Shown here one piece after another: positions 1 through 9,708 of a stretch of DNA of 41,614 bases. The stretch covers positions 1-41,614 of the forward strand of contig JAFKFP010000105.1 of NCBI GenBank assembly GCA_017308185.1. The letters run 5' to 3'. Each line of letters begins with the position of its first letter. Position 1 is the first letter of the stretch. The position numbers and the translations under genes are program-made. The notes beneath the pieces are model-generated. The model searched no databases. It saw only the letters and a list, made by a program, of their open reading frames with translations, and was not told the DNA's origin. Source of the stretch: a bacterium (GTDB taxonomy: Bacteria > Chloroflexota > Dehalococcoidia > Tepidiformales > Tepidiformaceae).

Positions 1-13
1 GACAACCCCACCG

Positions 14-814
14 ATGACTGAGCCGCTGCGTATCGCGTGGCTCACTACCGGGCGCGGGCCCGGTTCGTACGGCGCCTTCGAGGCGCTGACGCGCGCCATC
101 GAAGATGGGCTTCCGGTCGACGTGGCGGTGATGTTTTTGAACCGCGAGCGCGGTGAATTCGAGGCGACTGACCGGCTGATCGACTACGCAAAGGGCTGCG
201 GCACGCCAGTAGAGACGCTGTCGTCGGTGGCATTTCGGAAGTCACGCGGCGCGGCGCGTTCGAAGGCCGGCGAGGCCCTACCTGCCTGGCGCGCGGAATA
301 CGACGCCGCTGTCGCGGAGCAACTCGGCGCGTACGATTTCCAACTCGGCGTGATGTTCGGCTACATGCTCATCGCGACGGAGGCCCTGCATGGGGGGTTC
401 ACGTTCATCAATGACCACCCCGCGCTTCCCGATGGCCCGGTCGGCACGTACCAGGAGGTCATCTGCGAACTGATCCGGTCACGGGCGTGCGAGTCGGGCT
501 GCATGATGAATGTGGTCACCAGCGACGTCGACCGCGGCCCGGCGATCAGCTTCTGCCGGTATCCCCTCACCGGGAATGGCATCGACGAATTGTGGGCAGA
601 GACTGACACATCGGCGCCGCGTGAAGCGCTACAGCAGACCGCGCTCTATGCAGAGATCCGGCGGCGTGGCGTCGAGCGCGAACGGCCCTTTCTTGTAGAG
701 ACGTTGCGCGCCATCGCCGAACGCCGCCTCGAGGTGCCGCCCGTGGCGGCGGTCGATCTGACCGAGGCGGTGGAACGCGCGGTAGCGACCGATGGAAAGC
801 AGTGGCTGCGATGA
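14..814 (+). CDS. formyltransferase-family protein (PurN-like fold), substrate unknown
   Basis: 266-aa ORF. PurN-type motifs are readable: 'INDHPALP' (N-x-H-P-x-L-P) and 'DVDRGPAI' (D-x-G-P-I). N-terminal 'RIAWLTTGRG' nucleotide-fold start. Confidence 0.6.
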   Translation: MTEPLRIAWLTTGRGPGSYGAFEALTRAIEDGLPVDVAVMFLNRERGEFEATDRLIDYAKGCGTPVETLSSVAFRKSRGAARSKAGEALPAWRAEYDAAVAEQLGAYDFQLGVMFGYMLIATEALHGGFTFINDHPALPDGPVGTYQEVICELIRSRACESGCMMNVVTSDVDRGPAISFCRYPLTGNGIDELWAETDTSAPREALQQTALYAEIRRRGVERERPFLVETLRAIAERRLEVPPVAAVDLTEAVERAVATDGKQWLR

Positions 815-875
815 AGTTGGGCAGCGATGGGCGCGGCGGCCGATTTGCTACAATCCATTCAGCGAGGACAACCGT

Positions 876-1088
876 ATGCAGCTACCGGTGACGTTGTACA
901 GGGACGAAGATGGCTGGTTCGTGGTCGAATGCCCCGTCATACCCGGATGCGCATCCCAGGGCCGCACAGAGGACGAAGCGATCGCGAACATTCGCGAAGC
1001 GATTGCGCTCTGCCTCGAAGTCCGCCGTGAGCAGGGCCTTCCGCCCGTCATCGAGTCGCGGACGATTGACGTGCCGGCAGTTGCCTAA
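876..1088 (+). CDS. hicB: HicB-family (UPF0150) antitoxin
   Basis: ATG at 876 preceded by GAGGA (864-868). 70 aa, 'MQLPVTLYRDEDGWFVVECPVIPGCASQGRTEDEAIANIREAI', typical short HicB/UPF0150. Its stop overlaps the TTG start of the following HicA-like frame. Confidence 0.85.
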   Translation: MQLPVTLYRDEDGWFVVECPVIPGCASQGRTEDEAIANIREAIALCLEVRREQGLPPVIESRTIDVPAVA

Positions 1089-1304
1089 GCTGCCCAGAGT
1101 GTCGGGGGCGGAGGCGGTCAGAGCATTCGAGCAGTGCGGCTGGCAGGTTGCCCGCCAACGGGGCAGCAAGTGATTCTCACTAAGCCGGGCATGCCGATTA
1201 CGCTATCAATCCCTCAGCATCGCCTGATAGGGCCGGGGCTATTGCGCGACCAAATCGGCAAGGCCGGACTGTCGGTCGAGGAGTTCGTGGCGGCACTACG
1301 TTAA
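1081..1304 (+). pseudogene. hicA: HicA-family toxin, disrupted by a 1-nt frameshift
   Basis: From TTG 1081 the frame reads 'PKLPRVSGAEAVRAFEQCGWQVARQRGSK' and then hits TGA at 1171-1173. The -1 frame from GTG 1170 continues 'VILTKPGMPITLSIPQHRLIGPGLLRDQIGKAGLSVEEFVAALR' to TAA 1302-1304. Joined, the two parts make a full-length HicA. The break falls where the G-S-H motif is expected. Confidence 0.8.
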
Positions 1305-1319
1305 GCCACGGCTTGCCGC

Positions 1320-2168
1320 TCAGAAGATGGCCGCAGACAGTTTCCGCTGGTATTCCTTCGCGAGCGGCGATTCGAGGCCGAGGATGTCGAAAATGGCCAG
1401 CACCGCCTTGCGCGCCGCGCCATCGGCCAGGGTCTTGTCGAGCCGAACGGACTCGATCAGTTCTTCGAGAGCCGCTTCGTACTGCTCGCGCGCAGCGAGC
1501 ATGACGCCCCAGCGATACCGGGCACGCGCATCTCGGGGATTGTTCGCGGCTTCCGTCTCAAGGTTGTCCTTTGCGTGCTTCTCCGCGAAATCGTCGAGGA
1601 AGATGCGGTGCCGCAGACTCTTGGCCCGCCGGTCTATCGGTGCGCGTTCGAGGAGTTTCTCAGCTTCTCTGCGTTCGCCGCGCGCGAGCAGGATGCGCGC
1701 CAGCCCGACGATCGCGTCGGCGTTCGAGGGCGTGGCAGCCAGGGCGTCACGATAGGCAGCTTCTGCTGCCGCGCTATCGCCCGCACTGGCGAACCGCGCA
1801 GCGTCGCGCGCCGCAATTTCAGCTGGGCTGGGGAGCACCCTGGCGAAAAACGCCCGGACCTGCGGTTCCGGCAACGCGCCCGTGAACTCGGCGACCACCC
1901 GGCCATCACGGAACGCCTTCACCGCCGGGATGCCCTGGATACGGAACTGGGTCGCCGTCTGCGGGTTCTCGTCTGTGTTGAGCTTTGCCACGACCACATC
2001 GGGGGCGAACTCGCCCGCAAGCTTTTCGATGATTGGGCCGAGCATCCGGCAGGGTCCGCACCATGGCGCCCAGAAATCGACGACGACGGCGGTCTGCTTC
2101 GAGCGTTCGAGCACTTCGGCTGCGAACGTGGCATCGGTTACATCAAAGACAGCCTGGGCAGCGGTCAT
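1320..2168 (-). CDS. thioredoxin domain + C-terminal TPR-like domain protein (YbbN/CnoX-like)
   Basis: 282 aa. 'FWAPWCGPCRMLGP' is a WCGPC thioredoxin active site, followed by an Ala/Arg-rich helical repeat tail. GAGGA lies 5 nt upstream of ATG 2168. Confidence 0.85.
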   Translation of the reverse strand: MTAAQAVFDVTDATFAAEVLERSKQTAVVVDFWAPWCGPCRMLGPIIEKLAGEFAPDVVVAKLNTDENPQTATQFRIQGIPAVKAFRDGRVVAEFTGALPEPQVRAFFARVLPSPAEIAARDAARFASAGDSAAAEAAYRDALAATPSNADAIVGLARILLARGERREAEKLLERAPIDRRAKSLRHRIFLDDFAEKHAKDNLETEAANNPRDARARYRWGVMLAAREQYEAALEELIESVRLDKTLADGAARKAVLAIFDILGLESPLAKEYQRKLSAAIF

Positions 2169-2246
2169 GGGAATCCTCGTCAGCGTTGATAACCCGATCG
2201 TAGCGCGCCGAGGCCGCGCGGGCGATGCCCTGCTGGCGGGGTTCGG

Positions 2247-3158
2247 CTACACCGGCCGGCCCGTGAGAAACATCAGGCCCTTGCCCAGCACTTCGCCGGC
2301 AAACACAGCTCCCATGCAGATGTAGAGGAGCCCTGTGGCGCTCTGCATGGCCCGGATCTGCGCGGTCCGCAGTGACAGCACCGCGAGCACGACCGGGAAC
2401 ACGATGCCGACCGCGAGACGGAGGTAGAGCATCGGGTTAGCGAACAGGCTCACGTTGACCGGGTTCGACGGCGTGGGCACCGAACGCACGGGCACGACGA
2501 GGTTGATGGCCACGATGACCGTCTGGAACACCAGCGCAGCGATCAGGATCCACGCGAGGTCGCGCAGCGGCCACGCAGGCAGCGAACCTTCTGTCAGGTA
2601 CCAGTGGCCCCACACCATGGAGACTGACACAGCGCCCATCGCCAGCGTCCCTGCGGCCAGCGCCAGGAGCGACCCCGGATACCCCCACGTGGGTGGCGCG
2701 AGCATCCCGGCAAAGCAAACGACGACGACAGCGCCCGCGATCGCGCCCGCGATGCCGGCACGACGCCCAACTGGGTCCCAACCCATGAACACCGCGAACA
2801 TGTACACGACGCTCGTGATGAGGACAATCAGGATGCCGCGCCGTGCGGGCGCGAACCAGCTGTCATCGACGCGATAGCCATCCACGGTAGGCCCGATGTT
2901 GAGAGAGGAAGCTGACCAGTACGCGAGACCGGCCGTGATTGCGATGCAGAGCGCCATCGTCATGACAAATCCACGGGTCACACCGCCGCGGAGGTCGCTC
3001 GCGACGGTCACCCAGAGGCTGCCGATAGCCAGCTCCGCGAGGATAAGCAGGAGGGTATAGGGGAGTGCTTCGACGTTCACTGAGATCGAGTGTAGGCCCT
3101 GGAGGGGTATGGGGCAGGCGCATGCAAACGCGTACCGGAGCCGCCGCTGCGATGGCAT
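2247..3158 (-). CDS. polytopic membrane protein, unknown function
   Basis: The ORF is almost entirely hydrophobic helices (about 8-9), with 'WGHWYLTEG' in the middle. The start is uncertain: ATG 3158 or GTG 3080, neither with a clear SD. TAG stop. Confidence 0.6.
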   Translation of the reverse strand: MPSQRRLRYAFACACPIPLQGLHSISVNVEALPYTLLLILAELAIGSLWVTVASDLRGGVTRGFVMTMALCIAITAGLAYWSASSLNIGPTVDGYRVDDSWFAPARRGILIVLITSVVYMFAVFMGWDPVGRRAGIAGAIAGAVVVVCFAGMLAPPTWGYPGSLLALAAGTLAMGAVSVSMVWGHWYLTEGSLPAWPLRDLAWILIAALVFQTVIVAINLVVPVRSVPTPSNPVNVSLFANPMLYLRLAVGIVFPVVLAVLSLRTAQIRAMQSATGLLYICMGAVFAGEVLGKGLMFLTGRPV

Positions 3159-3407
3159 ACGATTGCGATATGCACGGGGCTGAAAGCCGGCACACAGCTC
3201 CGCGAAAGGTTACCGTCCCGGAACGGGCAGGCGACCGGCGGATGACCGAGCAGGCATGGTGTTACGTAGATTTAACAGGTGCTGTGGATTGCTCATATGC
3301 CCGGTTGGTCTCAGCCTCTAGTAGCTGCACTTTTTCACGCCGTGGTCTGATAGCTGTCGGGTCTGGGTGACGTCTCGGCACTTCATATTTCTGGGAGGCA
3401 TACGCGG

Positions 3408-5897
3408 GTGACATCGGCGAGGCGCCCTATGAGGCTGGCGATCATGGCGTCGCTCGGTGCCTGTGCCCTTCTTGGCGCCCTGTTGCTCACCATCGCAGGC
3501 GGCCACCCGTCACTCAAAGCGGATAACGCACTGGCTTCCTCCGGATGTTCCGGCAGCGTGGCACTTCCGGGGCAGGTGTGCCTGAGCGTCACTGATGGTG
3601 GAGTGACAGGATCCAGCGCGACCACTGCCGTTTCGAACTGGACTGTTACCGTTTCGAATACAGGCACGTACCCCTTCAGCGGCACGCTCACCGATGACTA
3701 CAAGCCATGGAATGGCTCCCATCCGATCGCTGTCACCGGCGTGAGCGGCTCCGCGGGAGCGGACTGTAGCCCGGCTGGTGGGTCGATAACGTCCTCCTCG
3801 GGCATCGGCTGTAGTCTCCCACCCGGAAGTTCCGTGACGATTTCGCTGCAGGGCAATCTCGATCTCTGCGGCGGTCCCCAGATCGGGATATCCAACTCGG
3901 CCACTATCCTCGGCGTCTTCGCCGATGGCTCTGCAGGCGGAATCCACACCGGCGCCGGGCCCGTCGCGGCTGAGACCGGCACCAGCGGCCTCGACCCCTT
4001 CCAGCCGCCGTGTGTTGCCGCACCGACGCCCACCAACACGCCCGTGCCCCCGCCTCCGCCAACCAACACCTCGGTGCCGCCGCCTACCGCCACCCCCGTC
4101 CCTCCGACTGATACCCCCACGCTGACGCCGACGCCGACGAACACGGCCACTCCAACCCCCACGCGCACCCCGTCGCCGACACCGACCGCCACCCGGACTC
4201 CGTCGCCAACACCCACGCACACGCCCACATCGACGAGTACAGCGACACCCACGGCGACGCCAACGATCCAGTTTGTGCCGCAGGGCCGCACGGCGGCGCC
4301 CACGCAGACGCGCACGCGCACGCCATCACCATCGCCGACACCGACCAGGACGCCATCACCAACGCCCACACCGCAGCCCACCATCATCCCGCCGCCTCCG
4401 CCGCCCGGTCTGCCCCCCGCCTCAAGCGGCTTCACGCGCGTGACCCTTCCGCAGGGCGCCGGGTACCTGTTCGCCACCCGGTCCGTCGTGGCCACGGGCG
4501 GGAATATCGTTTGGGCCGATGGCACCCTTACGGGGGGGAAGGGCGTGACGTTCTCTGCGGCCACAAGCTCCACCGACCCCAACGCTGTTGCCGCGCCCAC
4601 AACCGGCATCGATGCAACTGCACTGAAGCCTGCGGCCGCGGAAACCTTCTTTGTGAACGTGAAGAACGGCGACGAAACCAAGACCTATCGCCTCTGGGTC
4701 CCGGAAAACGAGGACATTACGCCCCGCGGCAACTTCACCTTTGACTGGAAACTCGAACGGACCACGGTCGCGCCCCCCGTGCAGGGCGCCATGCCGAAGC
4801 TGCTCTCCGATGTCCACCTGCCCAGCGAGGCATTCGACACCGGTGGCGGCGTGATCACGACCAACCTGATCATCACGCTCGTGCTGCTCGCACTTCTCCT
4901 CGTCGGGGCCGAGATCTTCAATGAAGCGCTTCGCGACACGATGGTCGATTGGAACCTGCGTTCTGTCCCCGTGCCGGCCGCTGTCGCGGCAGGATTCGGG
5001 CAGGCGCGGCGCTTCGCGTCCGTCGTAGAGATCGACTGGCAGCGCTGGATACCCGACTACAAGAACGTCGACCGCGTACTCGCCCCGTTACTGCTGCTGG
5101 TTGGCACCGGGCTCATCTACTGTCTCCTCGATAGCGAGGCCGGGTTCAATGAGCACACCATCACGCTGTTCGTCAGCCTCGTCGTCAGCCAGGGTATCCT
5201 CGCGGTTGCCTATGAAGGCGGGAAGGCGTTCCTCTATCGCCGCAGCATGCGCACCCGCGCCATAGTGCACCTCTACCCGCCGTGCATCCTCATTGCGATC
5301 GTGTCTGTGATCATCTCACGCATCGCCGGCTTCCATCCCGGGATCGTGGTCGGGTTCATCGCGGCTGCCGTCATCGTGGGCCATGAGGAATATACAGTTG
5401 AAGCCCGCGGCAAGGCGTTGGGCAGCATGGCTGCCGCACTCCTGGGCATTAGTGTCGCCGCGTGGATCCTGGCGATGCCGTTGCGCGACCTCTACCACGC
5501 GGACCCAAGCATCTGGACCGCCATCCCCGAAGCGACCGCAGTCTCGACCTTCATCATCTGCCTCGAGGGCCTGTTCTTCAGCATGATCCCCTTGCGCTTC
5601 ATGGATGGCTGGCACATCTGGCGCTGGAACAAGTTCGCCTGGGCCGGCATCTTCATCCCCACCGCGGCACTCTTCGTCCAGGTGCTCTACAACCATTCCG
5701 ATGAATACCTGGACTTCCTCGGCAGCCATCGCTCGATTGGCGGCATCGCCATCATCATCCTTTACCTCGCCGCCACCTGGGGGACATGGGGCTACCTGCG
5801 CTACCGCGAGGAGAACCGCGAGCGCCACGAGGCAGAAGAGTCTGAGGCTGAAGAAACACCGCTCGAACCGCCGGCGGCAGCACCGGGCGGTGAATAG
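3408..5897 (+). CDS. large exported/membrane fusion protein: signal/anchor + Ig-like N-domain + Pro/Thr linker + beta-rich domain + polytopic C-terminal membrane domain
   Basis: 829 aa. GTG 3408 lies about 11 nt after GGGAGG. N-terminal hydrophobic '[22 protein letters not shown]'. '[20 protein letters not shown]' resembles a DUF11/CARDB-like strand pattern. A linker of about 135 aa is rich in P/T/S. The C-terminus has at least 8 TM helices ending with '[18 protein letters not shown]' and an acidic tail. Confidence 0.8.
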   Translation: MTSARRPMRLAIMASLGACALLGALLLTIAGGHPSLKADNALASSGCSGSVALPGQVCLSVTDGGVTGSSATTAVSNWTVTVSNTGTYPFSGTLTDDYKPWNGSHPIAVTGVSGSAGADCSPAGGSITSSSGIGCSLPPGSSVTISLQGNLDLCGGPQIGISNSATILGVFADGSAGGIHTGAGPVAAETGTSGLDPFQPPCVAAPTPTNTPVPPPPPTNTSVPPPTATPVPPTDTPTLTPTPTNTATPTPTRTPSPTPTATRTPSPTPTHTPTSTSTATPTATPTIQFVPQGRTAAPTQTRTRTPSPSPTPTRTPSPTPTPQPTIIPPPPPPGLPPASSGFTRVTLPQGAGYLFATRSVVATGGNIVWADGTLTGGKGVTFSAATSSTDPNAVAAPTTGIDATALKPAAAETFFVNVKNGDETKTYRLWVPENEDITPRGNFTFDWKLERTTVAPPVQGAMPKLLSDVHLPSEAFDTGGGVITTNLIITLVLLALLLVGAEIFNEALRDTMVDWNLRSVPVPAAVAAGFGQARRFASVVEIDWQRWIPDYKNVDRVLAPLLLLVGTGLIYCLLDSEAGFNEHTITLFVSLVVSQGILAVAYEGGKAFLYRRSMRTRAIVHLYPPCILIAIVSVIISRIAGFHPGIVVGFIAAAVIVGHEEYTVEARGKALGSMAAALLGISVAAWILAMPLRDLYHADPSIWTAIPEATAVSTFIICLEGLFFSMIPLRFMDGWHIWRWNKFAWAGIFIPTAALFVQVLYNHSDEYLDFLGSHRSIGGIAIIILYLAATWGTWGYLRYREENRERHEAEESEAEETPLEPPAAAPGGE
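4020..4420 (+). repeat. low-complexity Pro/Thr/Ser-coding region with imperfect internal repeats (inside CDS 3408-5897)
   Basis: Translation '[69 protein letters not shown]...[32 protein letters not shown]'. Recurring R-T-P-S-P-T-P-T units are visible in the DNA as ccgtcgcc[ga]acaccgac-type repeats. Confidence 0.85.
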
Positions 5898-5941
5898 AGC
5901 GAGCGGGCAGCATTCCGCCGCCCGCCGCGTCATGCCATGCG

Positions 5942-6955
5942 CTACACCCGGTGCGGATGCGGGCCGAACTCTGCCTCGTAGAACGGCGACACCATGCGGC
6001 CCGGCGGCAACACCTCGTCAATGCGCTTGCGGTCTTCGTCCGTTAGCACAACATCCGCCGCGCCAAGGTTGTCTTCCAACTGGTCCATGGTGCGCGGCCC
6101 GATGATGGCGCTCGTAACACCCGGTTGCTGCGCGACCCAGGCCACGGCCAGCTGCGCGAGCGTGCAGTTCTTCTCCTGCGCGATGGGGTCGAGCGCTTCG
6201 ATGATGTCAAACACGCCTTCGACCCAGCGGCGCTGGTAGACGGGGTTTCGTGATACGGCAGCGTAGCGGCTGTCCTCTGGAGGCGGCTCGCCGCGGCGAT
6301 ACTTGCCGCTCAGCAGGCCGCCGGCAATCGGACTCCACGGGATGATCCCGAACCCGTAGGTCTGCGCCATGGGGATGAGTTCGCGTTCGATGCGGCGGTC
6401 GAGCAGGTTGTAGGGCGGCTGCTCGCACACGAACCGGTTGAGCCCGAGTTCCTTCGAAACCCAGAGCGACTCCACCAGTTGCCACGCGCCGTACGTGCTC
6501 GATCCGAGGTAGCGTACCTTGCCGGAACGCACCAGGTCATCGAGCGCGCGCAGGGTCTCGTCGATAGGGATGTGCGGGTCAGGGCGATGGATCTGGTAGA
6601 GGTCGATGTAATCGGTCTTGAGTCGCCGGAGGCTTTCTTCACACTGCGCGATGATGTGCCGGCGGCTGTTGCCCATGTCGTTCGGGCCTTCGCCCATGCG
6701 TCCATGGACCTTTGTGGCGAGGACAACCTGCTGCCGCTTCCCATTGCGCTTCAGCGCATCGCCGGTGGCCTCTTCGCTCTTGCCCGCGTTGTACACGTTC
6801 GCGGTGTCGATGAAGTTGATGCCCGCATCAAGGGCACGGTCGATGATGTCAGCCGAATCAGCTGGTGTCGTGCGGCCGCCGAACATCATGCAGCCGAGAC
6901 ACAGTGTGCTCACCTGGATGCCGGTGCGGCCCAGCGGACGAACTTCGATGGACAA
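5942..6955 (-). CDS. aldo/keto reductase family oxidoreductase
   Basis: 337 aa. 'LGCMMFGGRT', 'GINFIDTANVYNAGKSEE' and 'YIDLYQIHRPD' are classic AKR motifs (Tas/YajO-like). TTG start lies 7 nt after AGGAG. Confidence 0.9.
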   Translation of the reverse strand: MSIEVRPLGRTGIQVSTLCLGCMMFGGRTTPADSADIIDRALDAGINFIDTANVYNAGKSEEATGDALKRNGKRQQVVLATKVHGRMGEGPNDMGNSRRHIIAQCEESLRRLKTDYIDLYQIHRPDPHIPIDETLRALDDLVRSGKVRYLGSSTYGAWQLVESLWVSKELGLNRFVCEQPPYNLLDRRIERELIPMAQTYGFGIIPWSPIAGGLLSGKYRRGEPPPEDSRYAAVSRNPVYQRRWVEGVFDIIEALDPIAQEKNCTLAQLAVAWVAQQPGVTSAIIGPRTMDQLEDNLGAADVVLTDEDRKRIDEVLPPGRMVSPFYEAEFGPHPHRV

Positions 6956-7001
6956 TGCGTCACTCCTGGCCAGAGGTATGGGGTTTCAAGAATTGTAGCA
7001 T

Positions 7002-8978
7002 TCAGCTCGTGGGGCGATGCGTAGCCGCCTCCCATTCGCGCAGGTGCCGCCGCGATTCGAGGTCGAGGTACGTCAGCGCGAGCACGATCGCCACGAACGG
7101 GATGAGCAGCGCGTACACAATCGAGTTGACGATGTTGACGAGCTCGAGTGGGAGGCTGGTGGCCAGGATGAGCGCCGCAGCGATGACCGGCCCCGCCAAG
7201 GCCACGAGCACGCTCATTGCCGCCACGATGAAGAAGCTGCGCCACCATTCGCCGTCAACGGCCGCGGCGCTTCTCGCGGGAGCCTCGGCGCGTCCTGCGC
7301 GGTCGAAGATGATCGACTGCTCGATGAAGTACCACCGCACCGTCTGGCGGATCGCAAACGGGATCCCGACAATTGTGAGGCTCAGCACCGCGACAATCCC
7401 CAGGGCCCGCAACCGGGCCAGCGTCAGCACACCGAGATTTCGGTAGAGCCCCCGGAGAGCGCGCCAGGGCGAAAAGTCGAGGCCGCGATCCACATCGGCG
7501 AGCCCCACCGTCACAGCCGAAACGATGAAGACCACAGCTGCGAGGCTCTCGATGCTCCCATACAGGAGGCCGAGGAATACCCCTGCGGGCCGCGCGTCGA
7601 AGAAGTCCACGACGTTCGAAAACGGAGAAACGCTGTTGAGGGCGTCCTGCGCGACCAACGCGAGGACACCAAGGGGTACGTAGATGGCGGTCAACGTGAG
7701 CATCCCGCGCGCGTGGCGCCGGTAGAGATGAATCGCGAGGCGCAACACCGCGCCGAAGCGGCGGCGCTGACGAAGGAAACCTGCCACGGGTGTGCGTAAC
7801 AGCACCGTGCGGCGCGCATCGCGAACGCCAACCACCACGAGCCCAAGCATCGCGAGGAACACGACCGACGCCGCTCCGCTAGTGAACAGCGGCCAGTTGA
7901 AGGCGAACCCCAACGCACGGGCGCCGAAGGAGACTCCGCGGCAAAAGAATGACGCCGCGTTTCCCCCGACGAACGCCCCGCCAGGGACGGTCACGCTCGA
8001 GTGGCGCTGCTCAGCTGCCCATGTGAACGGCTCCGTCCATTGCGTCGTCGTGTTCGGACCGTTCGGCCCATCGTCCTCGCCGCCCGCAAGCTGCCCCCAC
8101 GCCCCTTCGTAAGCGATCCATGCGAAGGCATCGGTGGCGGTCACGGTTGATGGGATCAGCCGCACCTCAGGGCTGACTACCCGGTGCGGCCCGGTGGCAT
8201 CGTCGCAGCCGAATCCGGTCCCGTTTTCGCCCTTTCCGAAATACAGGTTCGGCGTGTAATAGTTGCCGTGCGAGCCGGAACCCACATAGACGACGGGATG
8301 GCCATCGTCTTTCGAAAGCTTGCCGCTGCCCCATTTCGCGGTCTCGCCCCCGCTATGCTGCGAGTAGATGATCAGTTCCGGTTCGTGGCCGAGGGCCGCC
8401 TGCGGCGTGTCCTGGGCGAAGTTGAACTGGATCATCTCCCAGTCGCCCTCGTGGCGATTGTTCCACTCATTGAAGTAGTAGAAGAACCAGTACTGGAGCG
8501 CGAACCCCGGATGGCCTGCCTCTGTCGCGAGATGGACGTAGGTGACATTCGGCAGCCCCGCCGAGAAGCGCGCGGCGTCCTGTTCATAATTGCATCCGCG
8601 CGAGCGCGGCGATCCCGGATAATCCAGGTAGTAGGTTTCATCCAGGCCATACAGGTCTTGCGCGTTTGGCGCCGTTGTGACGACGGGGTCACCGTTGGCG
8701 GTGCGCTGCCGTAGTTCGATGGCAGGGTTGCCAAGGACCATGCCCACGGGCTCCGGGTTATAGGGGTCGCCGTTCGCGTTGCAGGCGCTCGACTGTTGCT
8801 TGAGTTGGAGCACCGGCGAAAATTTCGCTGCCAACTCGGCCAGCCCGGCTGGCGCCGGCCCCGCTGACGGGCTGGCGGCCGACGATCGCGTCACCGGGAG
8901 TGAGACAGCCGCCAACACTGTCAATGCAAAGAGCAACGCCATCCGTAACTGCCAACAGAGGGCGCCGCCGGTCACCAC
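7002..8978 (-). CDS. exported Vps62/DUF946-like domain fused to a C-terminal polytopic membrane domain
   Basis: 658-aa ORF. Signal-like 'MALLFALTVLAAVSLP'. 'LQYWFFYYFNEWNNRHEGDWEMIQ' matches the HxGDWE core I associate with the Vps62 family (PF06101). The C-terminal ~290 aa holds about 6-7 TM helices ending 'ALTYLDLESRR', reminiscent of GDPD-type membrane domains. The start may be ATG 8942 instead of 8978. Confidence 0.65.
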   Translation of the reverse strand: MVTGGALCWQLRMALLFALTVLAAVSLPVTRSSAASPSAGPAPAGLAELAAKFSPVLQLKQQSSACNANGDPYNPEPVGMVLGNPAIELRQRTANGDPVVTTAPNAQDLYGLDETYYLDYPGSPRSRGCNYEQDAARFSAGLPNVTYVHLATEAGHPGFALQYWFFYYFNEWNNRHEGDWEMIQFNFAQDTPQAALGHEPELIIYSQHSGGETAKWGSGKLSKDDGHPVVYVGSGSHGNYYTPNLYFGKGENGTGFGCDDATGPHRVVSPEVRLIPSTVTATDAFAWIAYEGAWGQLAGGEDDGPNGPNTTTQWTEPFTWAAEQRHSSVTVPGGAFVGGNAASFFCRGVSFGARALGFAFNWPLFTSGAASVVFLAMLGLVVVGVRDARRTVLLRTPVAGFLRQRRRFGAVLRLAIHLYRRHARGMLTLTAIYVPLGVLALVAQDALNSVSPFSNVVDFFDARPAGVFLGLLYGSIESLAAVVFIVSAVTVGLADVDRGLDFSPWRALRGLYRNLGVLTLARLRALGIVAVLSLTIVGIPFAIRQTVRWYFIEQSIIFDRAGRAEAPARSAAAVDGEWWRSFFIVAAMSVLVALAGPVIAAALILATSLPLELVNIVNSIVYALLIPFVAIVLALTYLDLESRRHLREWEAATHRPTS

Positions 8979-9091
8979 ATACCTAATCTACAATGCCGCC
9001 CACAGAGAGCGCCAAGCACGTCCCTCGTTTACACAAACGATTGCCGACCGATCTGCGCGTTTGCTAGCATCGTGAAAAGGCGGCGTTGGCA

Positions 9092-9619
9092 ATGGATGGA
9101 TCGACCGTCCTCGTGCTCAACCAGAACTACGAGCCGCTCAACGTGTGCAACGTGCGGCGCGCGCTGATCCTTGTGCTCTGCGGCAAGGCGGAAGTCATCG
9201 AGTCCGCCGGCAGCGTCATCCGCTCGGCGGCCGCCGCGTTTTCGCTCCCCTCGGTAATCCGGCTCGTCAACCTCATCAAGCGACCACGGCCCAAGGTGCG
9301 GCTCACCCGCCGAGAGATTTTCGCCCGCGATGGGTGGGCCTGCGTCTACTGCGGCAAGGTGATGAAGGACCTCACCCTCGATCACGTGATGCCGCGCCAT
9401 CGCGGGGGCGGCCACACCTGGGAAAACCTCGTGAGCGCGTGCAAAGCGTGCAACCACCACAAGGCTGGACGCACGCCGGCGGAAGCCCACATGCACCTTC
9501 TGCGCGAACCAGCCGCCCCGCGGCTCTCTATCTACCACATGTTCTTCCCATACCTCGGGAATCAGGAGGGATGGCGGAAGTTCGTGCCCGGCTGGGAACC
9601 GGCGATCGCGGCGAGCTAG
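9092..9619 (+). CDS. HNH endonuclease (stand-alone, conserved small family)
   Basis: 'CVYCGKVMKDLTLDHVMPRHRGGGHTWENLVSACKACNHHKAGR' is a full HNH/CCHH motif. N-terminal 'VLVLNQNYEPLNV' is typical of this family. Start is ATG 9092, or TTG 9086 as in the ORF track. Confidence 0.85.
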   Translation: MDGSTVLVLNQNYEPLNVCNVRRALILVLCGKAEVIESAGSVIRSAAAAFSLPSVIRLVNLIKRPRPKVRLTRREIFARDGWACVYCGKVMKDLTLDHVMPRHRGGGHTWENLVSACKACNHHKAGRTPAEAHMHLLREPAAPRLSIYHMFFPYLGNQEGWRKFVPGWEPAIAAS

Positions 9620-9708
9620 GGCGCCGGCGATGGTCGCCACACGTGTGCAATCCGCCGGGAGGCTCGTTCCCGTACAATGCATGCACACATTCAGATGGGG
9701 GACGATCC

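Noticed and set aside
3510-4681. Long minus-strand ORFs (236 and 327 aa) across the Pro/Thr-coding region
   Set aside because: They are reverse-complement artefacts of ACC/CCG-rich repeats, giving Gly/Val/Arg-rich translation. The plus-strand frame is continuous with flanking signal-peptide and membrane domains.
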